From NCBI GenBank assembly GCA_963733295.1, contig CAVTCS010000003.1, positions 800,001 through 864,000 of the forward strand: 64,000 nucleotides of DNA. Reading direction: 5' to 3'. The translations under genes were made by a program, and so were the position numbers. The DNA is from Vulcanimicrobiota bacterium (GTDB taxonomy: Bacteria > Vulcanimicrobiota > Vulcanimicrobiia > Vulcanimicrobiales > Vulcanimicrobiaceae). Every line of letters starts with the position of its first letter. The stretch's first letter is position 1. Below the pieces are notes generated by a model, which saw only the letters and a list, made by a program, of their open reading frames with translations, was not told the DNA's origin and did no database searches. Positions 1-13,300 of this stretch are shown piece by piece.

Positions 1-921
1 GATCTCGAAGAAGTCGCCGTCGTCGACGACCGCCGCGATCGCCGTCTTGATGTCGTAAGGTTTCGTCGGCGAGTCGGGGATGAGATCGTCGAGTTCGGGG
101 CAAAGCCGCTCGGGATCGTCGTCGCACGCGTAGGCCGGCGGATCGTCGAGATTGTTCTGCGGAACGAACGAGAGCAGGCGGCGCGTGCTGGCGTTCATTT
201 CGTCCTCGTCCGCCGCGATGAGATCGGTGACGCCCGACTTCGTCGCGTGAGTCAGCGCGCCGCCGAGCTCTTCGAAGGAGACTTCCTCGCCGGTCACGGT
301 CTTGATGATCTCGGGACCGGTGATGAACATCTGCGCGATTCCCTCGACCATCAGCGTGAAATCGGTGATGGCGGGGGAATAGACGGCGCCGCCCGCGCAG
401 GGGCCCGCGATCAAACTGATCTGAGGGATCACGCCGCTGGCTTGGACGTTGCGCCAGAAGATCTCGGCGTAGCCGCCTAAGCTTACGACGCCTTCTTGAA
501 TGCGCGCGCCGCCCGAGTCGTTGATCCCGATCATCGGCGAACCGGTCCGCACGGCGAGATCCATCACCTTGCAGATTTTTTCGGCGAAGACTTCGCCGAG
601 CGAACCACCCAAAACCGTGAAGTCTTGCGAGAAGAGAAAGACTTGACGCCCGTCGATCGTGGCCCGTCCGGTGACGACGCCGTCGCCCAAGAACTCGCGT
701 TCGTCGAGTCCGAACGCGCTCGTGCGATGGACCGCGAACATGTCGAACTCGACGAACGAGCCGGGGTCGACCAGCGTTTCGATGCGTTCTCGCGCCGTAC
801 GCTTTCCGCGCGCACGTTGCCGTTCGTTGGCGGCTTCACCCGCGGGTGCGAGGGCGCGCGCGCGCCGTTCGCGGAGTGCTTCGACTGCCGCCTCGCGCGC
901 GGACTGCTCGGACTCGGTCAC
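1..921 (-). CDS. pccB: Acyl-CoA (propionyl-CoA-type) carboxylase carboxyltransferase beta subunit, 3' end outside window
   Basis: Not in ORF track. Manual translation from GTG at 921 gives RGKRTARERI, GDGVVTG, QDFTVLGGSLG, DSGGARIQEG, GPCAGGAVYSPA; frame is open to base 1. Confidence 0.85.
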   Translation of the reverse strand, partial: MTESEQSAREAAVEALRERRARALAPAGEAANERQRARGKRTARERIETLVDPGSFVEFDMFAVHRTSAFGLDEREFLGDGVVTGRATIDGRQVFLFSQDFTVLGGSLGEVFAEKICKVMDLAVRTGSPMIGINDSGGARIQEGVVSLGGYAEIFWRNVQASGVIPQISLIAGPCAGGAVYSPAITDFTLMVEGIAQMFITGPEIIKTVTGEEVSFEELGGALTHATKSGVTDLIAADEDEMNASTRRLLSFVPQNNLDDPPAYACDDDPERLCPELDDLIPDSPTKPYDIKTAIAAVVDDGDFFEI

Positions 922-1093
922 CGGATCGCTTCCTGAGTTGGCATTCCGTCCTCCGCGGCTACGACTTCGCTCGAGAAGCCGGGGGTTCCACCGGCGCTTC
1001 GAAAGGCGACCCGTCGCTCGTCCGGGAGGTCGACCATTCCTTCATCGGAAAGCTCGGAAGCCCCCTAACTTCCAGTAAACGAGGTGGAACGAT

Positions 1094-2587
1094 ATGGCGC
1101 TTCTCGAACCGCCCCAGTCGCGACAGATTCCGGCGTTTGCGCGCACCTTCATGAGCGCACCGAAGCAGCTTTTCATCGACGGCAACTTCACCGGCGCCGT
1201 GAGCGGCAAGACGTTTCCAGTTTACGATCCCTCGACCGGCGAGGTCATGGCGCAGGTCGCGGAAGGCGATCGCGCCGACATCGATCGGGCGGTTCGCGCG
1301 GCTCGCAAGGCGTTCGACGGCGGTCCGTGGCGCACGATGTCGCCCTCCGCGCGCGGACGTCTCATCTATAAACTTGCCGACAAGCTCGAGGAGCGCCTCG
1401 AGGACTTCGCGTTGCTCGAATCGCTTGACAACGGCAAACCGCTCGCGATCGCGCGGATCGCCGACGTCCCGCTGGCCATCGACTTGTTCCGCTACATGGC
1501 GGGCTGGGCGACCAAGATTCTAGGAAACACGATCCCGGTTCCCGGCGATTTTCACGCCTACACGCGTAAGGAGCCGATCGGCGTCGTCGGGCAGATCATT
1601 CCCTGGAACTTCCCGCTCTTGATGGCAGCCTGGAAACTCGGCCCCGCACTTGCCTGCGGGAACACCGTCGTGCTCAAACCTGCCGAACAGACGCCGCTCT
1701 CGGCGCTGCTGCTGGCCGAACTCTTCGCCGAAGTCGGATTCCCCGACGGCGTCGTCAACGTCGTGCCCGGATACGGCGAGACGGCGGGCGCGGCACTCTC
1801 GGCTCATCCCGACGTCGATAAGATCGCCTTCACCGGCTCGACCGAAGTCGGCAAGCTGATCGCGGTCGCCGCGACCGGCAACTTGAAAAAAGTCACCCTC
1901 GAACTTGGCGGCAAGTCGCCGAACATCGTCTTCGCCGATGCCGATCTCGAGGCAGCCGCGAAGGGCGCGGCGATGGCGATTTTCTTCAACCACGGGCAGT
2001 GCTGCGTCGCCGGCTCGCGTCTGTACATCGAGCGCCCGGTCTACGACGAAGTGCTCGCCGGCGTCGCCGAAGAGGCGAAAAACATCAACGTAGGCCACGG
2101 GCTCGACGAGCGTTCCGGAATGGGCCCGCTCGTATCGCAAGAGCAGTTCGAGCGCGTTACCGGTTACATCAAGTCCGGTCTGGAGCAGGGCGCGCGCGCA
2201 CACATCGGCGGCGGTCGCGTCGGCAGCCGGGGATATTTCGTCGAACCGACGATCCTGGTCGACACGCAGCCCCACATGAAAGTGGTCCAAGAAGAGATCT
2301 TCGGGCCGGTCGTGACCGCGATGCCGTTCGACGATCCGAACGAGATCTTACCGGCGGCCAACGACACGGTCTACGGTCTCGGCGCCGGCGTATGGACGAA
2401 GGACATCGGCCGGGCGCACCGCACCGCGGCGGGTTTGCGGGCGGGCACCGTCTGGGTCAACTGCTACAACGTCTTCGATGCGGCGTTGCCGTTCGGCGGC
2501 TACAAGCAGTCGGGTTGGGGGCGCGAGATGGGCGCCGAAGCGCTCGAACTCTACACCGAGACCAAGAGCGTTATCGTAAAGCTCTAA
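1094..2587 (+). CDS. NAD-dependent aldehyde dehydrogenase (ALDH family 1/2-like)
   Basis: PWNFP, KPAEQTP, FTGSTEVG, LELGGKSP, catalytic GQCC, EEIFGPV, PFGGYKQSG; GAGGTGG RBS. Confidence 0.95.
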   Translation: MALLEPPQSRQIPAFARTFMSAPKQLFIDGNFTGAVSGKTFPVYDPSTGEVMAQVAEGDRADIDRAVRAARKAFDGGPWRTMSPSARGRLIYKLADKLEERLEDFALLESLDNGKPLAIARIADVPLAIDLFRYMAGWATKILGNTIPVPGDFHAYTRKEPIGVVGQIIPWNFPLLMAAWKLGPALACGNTVVLKPAEQTPLSALLLAELFAEVGFPDGVVNVVPGYGETAGAALSAHPDVDKIAFTGSTEVGKLIAVAATGNLKKVTLELGGKSPNIVFADADLEAAAKGAAMAIFFNHGQCCVAGSRLYIERPVYDEVLAGVAEEAKNINVGHGLDERSGMGPLVSQEQFERVTGYIKSGLEQGARAHIGGGRVGSRGYFVEPTILVDTQPHMKVVQEEIFGPVVTAMPFDDPNEILPAANDTVYGLGAGVWTKDIGRAHRTAAGLRAGTVWVNCYNVFDAALPFGGYKQSGWGREMGAEALELYTETKSVIVKL

Positions 2588-2712
2588 AACGTTAACGGAG
2601 AGTCCCAAAAACGTTAACGAAAAAGCAAGCGAGTCATCGATAAGACGCTTCGTGTCGCGCGTCACTGACACGAAGGCAAGAGACGGCGGGTAACCCGAAT
2701 AAGGTCACGCTC

Positions 2713-3150
2713 GTGGCAAGGTTCGGGTTACCCGCACTTTGTGCGGCGTTGCTTCTGGCATCGGCAGGCTGCGCGGAAACGCGGGACTTTCCGCCGCTCG
2801 ATGACGTGAAGACGGTGACGGTGGTGCTGCCGCAAGCGCACCTTCGTCAAACGATCGCAGATCGCGACCGGGTTGCGGGGCTGGTCGACTATTTGAACAA
2901 TCGCCGCGCCGGCTGGAAGCCGGTGAGCGGGGCGTACGCGACGCCGCTGCGGTTGAAGTTTTTCGACGAACGGGGCAAGGACGTCGCCTACGTACTGGTC
3001 GGCACGGGCGGCATCGTTCGTTCCGGATATTTCCGCTCGAGCCGGCTCGACGAGACTTGGAAAGAGACGCGGCGCCTTTGTCAACTGCTCGGACGCGCCG
3101 CGTACCGCAGGGTTTGCGGCTCCGAGGAGATGTTCGGACGAAGCTTATGA
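2713..3150 (+). CDS. Hypothetical lipoprotein
   Basis: Basic N-terminus, hydrophobic stretch and lipobox-like SAGC; only ORF filling the gap. Confidence 0.55.
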   Translation: MARFGLPALCAALLLASAGCAETRDFPPLDDVKTVTVVLPQAHLRQTIADRDRVAGLVDYLNNRRAGWKPVSGAYATPLRLKFFDERGKDVAYVLVGTGGIVRSGYFRSSRLDETWKETRRLCQLLGRAAYRRVCGSEEMFGRSL

Positions 3151-3798
3151 CCCCGCCGCGTTGCGGATCGCCGGATCGACCGTAGGTAACGCGAAGGACG
3201 GCAGCATTCGACGGCGTCGCACGAACGCGACGATCGGCAGCGTCAGCCAATAGACGTACTCCGCGTGGGGGACGCCGGCCGCAACCAGGAGAGCTGCGGT
3301 GAAAAGAATCGCGGCGACGCCGGCTTGGATGAGCGGCGTGCGCCAGCGCTTGATGCGCGTCTCGACGTTCCATTTCGGCCAGTTGCGGCGGAATCCGCGA
3401 AAGCCGACAACCGCCGAGCTCGCCAAGATCGTCGCGTACACCGTGGTGTAGAAGAGGACTCCCTCGGACTGGCCGGGGAAGCTCAAGAAGATTTGCAGCG
3501 CGTACGGAATCAGCGCCACTCCGCAGAGCTCGACGAAAACGAGGACGATGTCGATCCGTCCCGGCGCGAAGTAGTACCGGAACATTCGATGGTTCAGCAT
3601 CCATAGAGCGGCAAGAAAGGCGAACGTCACGAAGAATCCCGCGATGCCGATCGGGTGCGCGAAGACGTCGTGAGCGCGTCCGGGAATCACGAGGCGCCCC
3701 GCGAGAAACGACAGGCTAAAGCCGAAGACGACGTCCGTGAACGATTCGAAGCGCCGGGTGAAGTGCTCGGCGCTTTCCGCGTCGTCGGAAAGACTCAC
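3145..3798 (-). CDS. TMEM175-family (DUF1211) potassium channel-like membrane protein
   Basis: RFESFTDVVFGFSLS resembles the RxxxFSD signature; WxxxH in helix 2; about 6 TM; GTG start overlaps livF stop (GTGA). Confidence 0.75.
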   Translation of the reverse strand: MSLSDDAESAEHFTRRFESFTDVVFGFSLSFLAGRLVIPGRAHDVFAHPIGIAGFFVTFAFLAALWMLNHRMFRYYFAPGRIDIVLVFVELCGVALIPYALQIFLSFPGQSEGVLFYTTVYATILASSAVVGFRGFRRNWPKWNVETRIKRWRTPLIQAGVAAILFTAALLVAAGVPHAEYVYWLTLPIVAFVRRRRMLPSFALPTVDPAIRNAAGS

Positions 3799-4490
3799 AC
3801 CGCGAGGTAGCGCTTCATCGCTTCGGCGTCGCCGCGCAGTTCCGGGATCGTGCCGGATGCCATGACGCGTCCGTTGGAGAGAATGTAGCCGCGGTCCGAC
3901 AGACTCATCGCGACGTCCGCGTTCTGCTCGACGAGAAGAATCGTATTGCCTTCTTGCCGGATGCGCCGTACGACGTCTTCGACGTTGCGCGCGATCAGCG
4001 GTGCCAAGCCTTCCATGGGTTCGTCGAGCAAGATGATCTCGGGGTTGGCGACGAGCGCGCGCGCGATCGCGAGCATCTGCTGTTCGCCGCCGGAAAGTTT
4101 GGCTGGTTTGTCGCGCCGTTCGCGGAGCACCTCGAAGTACTCGTAGATCCGCTGCTCGGTCCAAGGTCCTTTGCGGCCGCCGAGCGCCGCCAGCCGGAGG
4201 TTTTCTCCGACCGTCAGATTGGGGAAAACGCGCCGGTCCTCGGGGACGTAGGCGATGCCGAGCCGCGCGAGCCCGAAGGTGGCTTTGCCGGTGATCGCGT
4301 TGCCGTGAAAGCGGATCGCGCCGCTACGCACGTTCACGAAGTTCATGACCGCTTTCAGCGTCGTCGAACGGCCGCTGCCGTTGCGGCCGAGCAGGGCCAC
4401 GACCTCGCCCGCATCGACCTCGAGCGAGACGTTTTGCAAGACGTGGCTCTTGCCGTAGAACGCGTTGACGTTTTCCAGTTCGAGCAACAT
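3795..4490 (-). CDS. livF: LIV-type ABC transporter ATP-binding protein (LivF-like)
   Basis: GRNGSGRST Walker A, LSGGEQQM, LLDEP, LVEQN. Confidence 0.9.
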   Translation of the reverse strand: MLLELENVNAFYGKSHVLQNVSLEVDAGEVVALLGRNGSGRSTTLKAVMNFVNVRSGAIRFHGNAITGKATFGLARLGIAYVPEDRRVFPNLTVGENLRLAALGGRKGPWTEQRIYEYFEVLRERRDKPAKLSGGEQQMLAIARALVANPEIILLDEPMEGLAPLIARNVEDVVRRIRQEGNTILLVEQNADVAMSLSDRGYILSNGRVMASGTIPELRGDAEAMKRYLAV

Positions 4491-4523
4491 CAGGCAGGTT
4501 CCACGGCGTATCCCGAGCGCATT

Positions 4524-5276
4524 TTACTCGAGCCCTCCCAGGTAGGCGCGCTGCACCGCTTCGTTGCCGCGGATTTCGTCAGGCGTTCCGACGGCCAGGA
4601 TCGCGCCCGACTGCATGACGGTAACGGTGTGTGAGATCGACATCACGACGTCGATGTCGTGTTCCACCAGAACCACCGTGCGGCCCGTCGCGATCCGCTG
4701 GATGAGCTCGACCGTCTCGTGCGTTTCCGCCGGCGACATGCCTGCCAGCGGTTCGTCGAGGAGCAAGACGCTCGGTTCGCGCGCCAGCACGAGCCCGATT
4801 TCGAGCCGGCGCTGATCGCCGTGCGAGAGGTTCTCGGCCAGCGCGTCCGCGGTTTCGGCCAAACCGATGTCGCCCAGAATTTCGGTGCAGCGGGCGGAGG
4901 AATCGCCCATTCGGCTCGCCGGTAAAAAGAAGTTCGCCTTGCCGTCGTGCAACGATTGGACCGCGAGCCGCACGTTTTCGTAGACCGTCAACTTGGCGAA
5001 AATATTCGTGATCTGAAAGGAACGGGCGATTCCGAGGCGAGCGCGTTCGTAGGGCCGCAACTGCGTGATTTCCCGGTCGCCGAAGAAGATGCGACCTTCC
5101 GAGGGCGGCAAGAGCCCGGACAAGAGGTTGAAAAACGTCGTCTTGCCTGCGCCGTTCGGTCCGATGATCGTGCGCACGCCGCCGAGCGGAATCTCGAGCG
5201 AAACGTCGTTGACCGCTTTGAAGCCGGCGAACGAGCGCGACAGGTGCTCGGTTCGCAGGGCGATGGCGGCGCTCAC
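4524..5276 (-). CDS. livG: LIV-type ABC transporter ATP-binding protein (LivG-like)
   Basis: GPNGAGKTT, LSHGDQRRLE, LLDEP, VEHD, C-terminal AYLG. Confidence 0.9.
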   Translation of the reverse strand: MSAAIALRTEHLSRSFAGFKAVNDVSLEIPLGGVRTIIGPNGAGKTTFFNLLSGLLPPSEGRIFFGDREITQLRPYERARLGIARSFQITNIFAKLTVYENVRLAVQSLHDGKANFFLPASRMGDSSARCTEILGDIGLAETADALAENLSHGDQRRLEIGLVLAREPSVLLLDEPLAGMSPAETHETVELIQRIATGRTVVLVEHDIDVVMSISHTVTVMQSGAILAVGTPDEIRGNEAVQRAYLGGLE

Positions 5277-6406
5277 GATTCCGCCTCGCGCGTAACGACT
5301 TCTTCCGCTAAATCGGCTTCCAGCCGGGCGCGCTTGGAAACCGCGCGGCGCAATGCGGCTTGCACGCCGTAGCGGCGCAGGTCCTCGACGATCCCGCCGA
5401 TGCCGCGCGGGCTGACGAGAACGAAGAACACGAAGACCGCGCCGATCGCCGCGGGCCAGTACTTAGTCAAGCCTGAGACGCGGTTCTGCAGGTCCCAGTA
5501 GACGAACGCGCCGATGATGGGGCCGACGAACGTATGGATGCCGCCGAGCAGCGACATCATCACGACGTCGCCCGAATATTCGACCGAACCCGCCGTGGGG
5601 TTGATCGCCTGTTGGAAGTAGACCCAGATCCAGCCCGCAATCGCCGGAAAGGCGGCCGATAAGACGAACGCGTTGACGCGGTATTTGTCGACGTCGTAGC
5701 CCAAGAAGCGCGCGCGCTGCTTGTTCTCACGGATCGCGTGAAGGACGCTTCCGAAGGGCGAGCGCACGATCCAATAGTTCGCTGCGATCGCGATCAGCGC
5801 GACGACGGCCGCGAAAACGTACATGTGCGTCGAGTTCGAGAGCCAACCCGCCGGCAAGCCGGGCAAGTCGGGGCGGGCGATGGCCTGAATCCCGTCCTCG
5901 CCTCCCGTCATGTCGCTCCAACGGAACTCGATGAAGTAGATGACCTGGGCGAACGCGAGCGTGATCATCGAGTAGTAGATTCCGCTCGAGCGCGGGACGA
6001 TCAGACGCGCCAGGATCCAGGCCCACAGCATGGCCGTCAGCAGCGCCAACGCAAGTGCGATCCAAAGGTTGTTCATGCCCGCGAAAAAGAGATGCACGCC
6101 GGCGAGGTTGGCGTCGAAGCCCTTGGTGAAAAGCGCCGTCGCGTACGCGCCGAGCGAGAAGAACATCGCATGACCGAACGAGAGCTCGCCGGTGTGGCCG
6201 AACAGCAGGTTGAAGCCGAGCGCGAAGAGCGCGAAAACGAGAATCGTCGTCGCCAAATCGATAAAGCCGGCATGCAGCGGCAAGCGATTCCCGGCGAACG
6301 GATAGAAATCGAACGTTCCGCCGGGCATGAAAAGCGGCAAGAAGGCGAAGGCTAAGGCGATCGATCCGAGCGTTATCCAGGTCGTCCGGCCGCCCGGCAT
6401 CTTCAC
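5273..6406 (-). CDS. livM: LIV-type ABC permease (LivM-like)
   Basis: GELSFGHAMF, YYSMITLAFAQ, TGGEDGI, AIREN. Confidence 0.9.
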   Translation of the reverse strand: MKMPGGRTTWITLGSIALAFAFLPLFMPGGTFDFYPFAGNRLPLHAGFIDLATTILVFALFALGFNLLFGHTGELSFGHAMFFSLGAYATALFTKGFDANLAGVHLFFAGMNNLWIALALALLTAMLWAWILARLIVPRSSGIYYSMITLAFAQVIYFIEFRWSDMTGGEDGIQAIARPDLPGLPAGWLSNSTHMYVFAAVVALIAIAANYWIVRSPFGSVLHAIRENKQRARFLGYDVDKYRVNAFVLSAAFPAIAGWIWVYFQQAINPTAGSVEYSGDVVMMSLLGGIHTFVGPIIGAFVYWDLQNRVSGLTKYWPAAIGAVFVFFVLVSPRGIGGIVEDLRRYGVQAALRRAVSKRARLEADLAEEVVTREAES

Positions 6407-7305
6407 TCGAAGAGCCCCTCGACCCCGAACAATCCTCGCGGCCGCACGAGCAACACGATGCCCATAATGATGAAGCCGGTCAATTCAACCGCGGGAGGAT
6501 AGACCAGCTCCATCATGCTCGACAGAATGCCGATCGTGAGTCCACCGACGACCGCCCCCCAAAACGAGCCGATTCCGCCCACGATCACGATCACGAAAGT
6601 CAAGATGATCCACTGCGAGGCGAGGCTCGGGATGATGGCGTAGATGGGAGCCGCCAGTGCTCCCGCGAGGCCGGCCATGAACGATCCGATCCCGAACACG
6701 AGCGTAAACATCAGCGGCATGTTGATGCCGAGCGCTTTGACCATCTCGGCGTCTCGGGTCCCGGCGCGGATGATCATCCCAATATTCGTACGGTTGATGA
6801 GCAGCCAAACGACCCCGAGGACGAGAACCGTGACCCCGACCAAAAAAACATCCTTATAGATCGGAAACTGGTAACTTCCAAGTGTGATCGAGCCGCTGAG
6901 GTAGGAGGGCAGGCCGGCGTAGCGCACCGCGTCGTCGCCCCAGATGTAACGCACCACCTGTTCGAAGATCAGCGCCGTTCCATAGGTGAGCAGCAGCGTG
7001 TACTCGGGGAGCCGGCGGTAGAGCGGACGGATGAGCCCCGACTCGAACGCCATGCCGAAGAGGCCGATCAGCAGCGCGGCAAGCAGCACGCTCGGCCAGA
7101 ATCCGACGATCGGCTCGAGCGCATACGCCGTATAGGCGCCGAGCATGAAAAAGGCGCCATGCGAGAAGTTGATGACGCCCATGAGCCCGAGGATGATGTT
7201 CAGACCGAGCGCGACCAAAATGTAAAGCATGCCCAGCGTGACGCCGTTAAAAAACTGATCGCTGAACTGGTGCAAGAGCTGAGAGATCGGCACCCCGTCG
7301 CGCAT
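6403..7305 (-). CDS. livH: LIV-type ABC permease (LivH-like); start approximate
   Basis: ALGLNIILGLMGVINFSHG, GGIGS, RPRGLFG. Confidence 0.9.
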   Translation of the reverse strand: MRDGVPISQLLHQFSDQFFNGVTLGMLYILVALGLNIILGLMGVINFSHGAFFMLGAYTAYALEPIVGFWPSVLLAALLIGLFGMAFESGLIRPLYRRLPEYTLLLTYGTALIFEQVVRYIWGDDAVRYAGLPSYLSGSITLGSYQFPIYKDVFLVGVTVLVLGVVWLLINRTNIGMIIRAGTRDAEMVKALGINMPLMFTLVFGIGSFMAGLAGALAAPIYAIIPSLASQWIILTFVIVIVGGIGSFWGAVVGGLTIGILSSMMELVYPPAVELTGFIIMGIVLLVRPRGLFGVEGLFE

Positions 7306-7338
7306 TCGCTGGCTTGGGGGAAACCCTTTTCCGCTTGC

Positions 7339-7659
7339 TTAGAGCTTCCGGCGCCGCCCCGCTCCGGTGCGCCGCAACTCCTCGCCGAGCGCTGCGTCGT
7401 CCCGATTTCGCGCAAAGAAGGCGGCCAGCGAGTACTCGATGACCGCGCTCTGGCTGACCCGCTGGAAGAAGGCGAACTCTTCGAGCCGCTGCGCCATCGC
7501 GCGGGGCAGCGTATGTGAGATCTTCGCCACAGCACCGGCCGGCGCAGCCGCCTGCGTTGCCGCTGCCGCCCGCGGCCAGGCGTGCGATCCGCCCGTGGCG
7601 GCGGGCGCTGCCCGCTTGCGAGGTTTCACGGCACGTTCTGCCGTTCGCCCTCGCTTCAA
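7339..7659 (-). CDS. Small basic ribbon-helix-helix (CopG/ParG-like) DNA-binding protein
   Basis: KISHTLPRAMAQRLEEFAF-QRVSQSAVIEYSL strand-helix-helix pattern after a disordered Ala/Lys/Arg-rich N-tail. Confidence 0.55.
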   Translation of the reverse strand: MKRGRTAERAVKPRKRAAPAATGGSHAWPRAAAATQAAAPAGAVAKISHTLPRAMAQRLEEFAFFQRVSQSAVIEYSLAAFFARNRDDAALGEELRRTGAGRRRKL

Positions 7660-7842
7660 CCCTTCAACGTGACGAAACTAAATAGCACCCCTTTCCTGTT
7701 ATGCACCCATACGAGCGGCGACCCCGGGACCGTTGGGAGGAAGTCCGACAAGCGGTACAAGGGATGAACGTCGGGGACCCCGCAGTGGAAAAGTAGTGCG
7801 CCGGAGCCGAGCGTGGCCGGCGGACGAGGAGCCAAAGCCGAT

Positions 7843-10341
<2,499 letters not shown>

Positions 10342-10359
10342 CCGGATCAGCACTCTTTC

Positions 10360-13300
10360 GTGACGCCGTTCGCGACGTGGCGGGCGCGTCTCCCTGCCGC
10401 GATCGGTTCCTGGTTCGCTCGGGATCTCGTCCGTAACGCGCTCGCCCTCGTCGAGGGTGGGCGCGTCGCGCTTCGCGCCGTCGAGGACGCGAAAGTCGAG
10501 GCCGCCGTCGACGATCCGCGCAGCGGCGTGCGCAACGTCGCGGTCGAGTGGGGCGCGGGAACCGGTCCGCTCGCATTGCGTGCGGTCTGCTCGTGCGGAA
10601 CGAGCGGGATCTGCGAACACGTCGTCGCCGCGCTCGAAGCAGTTCGCTCGCAGACCGAACTGGAAAGCACCGCGCCGGCATCCGAGCTCAGTCTAGCCTG
10701 GTTGCCGGTCCCGCGCGTCGAGGCGCGCCTGATTCGAGCGCGCAGCGTCTGGCCCGTTTTCAATTCGCCCGACGGACTGACGTTGTGCGCGACGCTCGTG
10801 CTGGATTCGCCCCGGCTGCGCGGCGCCGTGCGCGACGCGCAGGCGGTCGTCGCGATGATGGATGCGACGCCGCTCGATGACTGGGAAGAAGTCGACCGCG
10901 AACTCTTGCGCGACGAGGCCGTCGTAGAGTCGTTCGCCGGGCGCAACGTGCCGCGCGCGCTGGCGCGCGCGCTGTTCCCGTTGTCGCGCCATCCCAGGCT
11001 CCGTTTCGACGACGACCCCGCTCAAGGCCGTCACCCCTCGGAGTTACCGGAGTTCCATATCGACTTGCGCGGGGTCGCGCTGCGCGCGACGCGTCACGGC
11101 GGCGACTTCATGCCGCTGTTCGAAACTGCCGACGGACGGCGCATCGCGGCGCGCGACATGTTCTTACTCGACGGGCCGCCGGTCTGGATTGCGACTCGCC
11201 GCGCTGTCTACCTCGTCGACGGAACGTTCGATGCGCGCAAAGCAATCGAAGTTGCGCGCTCGATGAACGGTCCCGTGCCTGCTGCCGAGCCGGCAACCTC
11301 GCCGCGAACGATCGCGCGCGTCGCGCCGTTCTTGACCGACGAAGACCGCCTGGAGCTCGGCATTCGCGACGCGACCGAGCCGGGTGCGGAGATCGCCCTG
11401 GGCTGGGGCAACGGCGCGTTGCTCGCAACCTTGACCTTCAGCGATCGCGCCAGTGGCGCCAGGGCACCCTATACGGCGCTCGGGGCCATCGCGCCGGAAG
11501 GGCGCCATTTCGTGCGCTTCAGCCCCGAGCACGCCACGCAACTCCGCGAGCGCTTGCTCGACGCCGGCTTCGTTCCGCGCGCCAGCGACGGCTTCGCGCT
11601 GCACGGCCCGGACCGCGCCGCGGCGTTCGTGCGCGAGACGCTTCCGACGTGGACCGATCTCGAGCAACGGCTCGACCCCGGGCTCCGCGAGCTGGCCGGC
11701 GGCCGGAGCGAGCTCGACATCAACGTCTCGGCCGTTCGAGCCGGCGATGAATCCGACTGGTTCGAACTGAAGGTCGACGTTTTGCTCGGGGACGGCGAGA
11801 CGCTGACCCAGGCCGAACTCGCCGCGCTGCTTTCGACGTCGGGGCGATATGCCGAAGTCCGCGGGAAGCTCATCGACGTCGGGAAACTGCGCGAGCGGAA
11901 TGCGCTGCTGAGCGATCTGGCCGAGCGGCGGCGAAGCGGGTTTGCCGCCTTGCTGGCGCTCCGCGACGAGTTGCACGAGAACTTCGCGCGCGTGGATCTG
12001 CCCGAGGACGTCGAACGGGCGCGCGAACGCTTGCGCAACTTCGCGGGAATCCCGGTGGTCGAGCCGCCGGAGCTGAGCAACGGTTCGCTGCGCGGCTATC
12101 AGCAGCGCGGCCTTGACTTTCTCGTCTACCTCGCCGGGTTCGGCTTCGGCGGCATCTTAGCCGACGAGATGGGTCTCGGAAAGACCGTCCAGGTGATCAG
12201 CTACCTCCTAAGGCGCAAGCGCGAGGAGGGTTCCTTACCGTCGCTCGTGATCGCGCCGACCTCAGTGACGCATACCTGGGAAAACGAGATCGCGCGCTTC
12301 GCGCCCGAGCTGCGCACCTTGCGGTTGCACTCGGGAAGCGAGCGAGCAGCACGCTACGAAGAGATCCCCGGCGCCGACATCGTCATCACGTCGTATGCGC
12401 TGGCGCGGCTGGATGCCGAGCAGCTGGCAGAGCACCACTTCCGCTCCTTGATTCTCGACGAAGCCCAAAATGCGAAGAATCCGAGCTCTCAGATCGCCCG
12501 CGTCGTGCGGGCCTTGCGGGCCGACCACCGGCTCGCCCTGACCGGAACGCCGGTCGAAAACTCGCTGCGCGACCTGTGGGCGATCTTTGCCTTCGTCGAG
12601 CCCGGCTTGCTCGGTTCGGAGGCCTCGTTCCGGCGCCGTTTCGAAGTGCCGATTGCGGCGAACGACCAGAAGGCCGTGATGACGCTGCGTTCGCGGCTCG
12701 AGCCGTTCTTGCTGCGGCGTACGAAAGAAGACGTCGCGCCCGAGCTGCCGGAGCGCACCGAAGTCGTCCTCGAATGCGACTTGTCGCCGCTGCAGCGGCG
12801 CCTCTACCGCGGCGTCGCCGAGGCTGCCCGGCGCGAAGTGTTCGCGCTCCTCGACGAACAGGGCATGGAGCGTGCAACCGTCCACGTTCTGGCCGCGCTC
12901 ACCCGCCTGCGCCAGATCTGCGCCCATCCCGGCTTGCTCTTCGAGGAATTTCTCGAGGACCCGGAGGCCAGCGCCAAGTTCGACGCGTTTCTTGAAACGG
13001 TCGACGAGATTCTTTCGGGCGGCCACCGCTTGCTCGTCTTCAGCGCCTTCGCGTCGATGCTGCGCGTGATGCGCGGGACGCTCGAGCGGCGCGGGATCGC
13101 CTACGGATACCTCGACGGCTCGACCAAGGACCGGGACCGGCAGGGCGAAGTTGCGCGGTTCATGCAGGCGGACGGGCCGCCGCTCTTTCTCTGTTCGCTC
13201 AAGGCCGGCGGGGTCGGTTTAACGCTCACCGCGGCCGACTACGTGATCCTTTACGACCCTTGGTGGAATCCGGCGGTGGAACGTCAGGCGATCGATCGCA

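Noticed and set aside
2640..2735. Known riboswitch (e.g. c-di-GMP-I)
   Set aside because: Only short coincidental matches; I could not place the conserved core by eye
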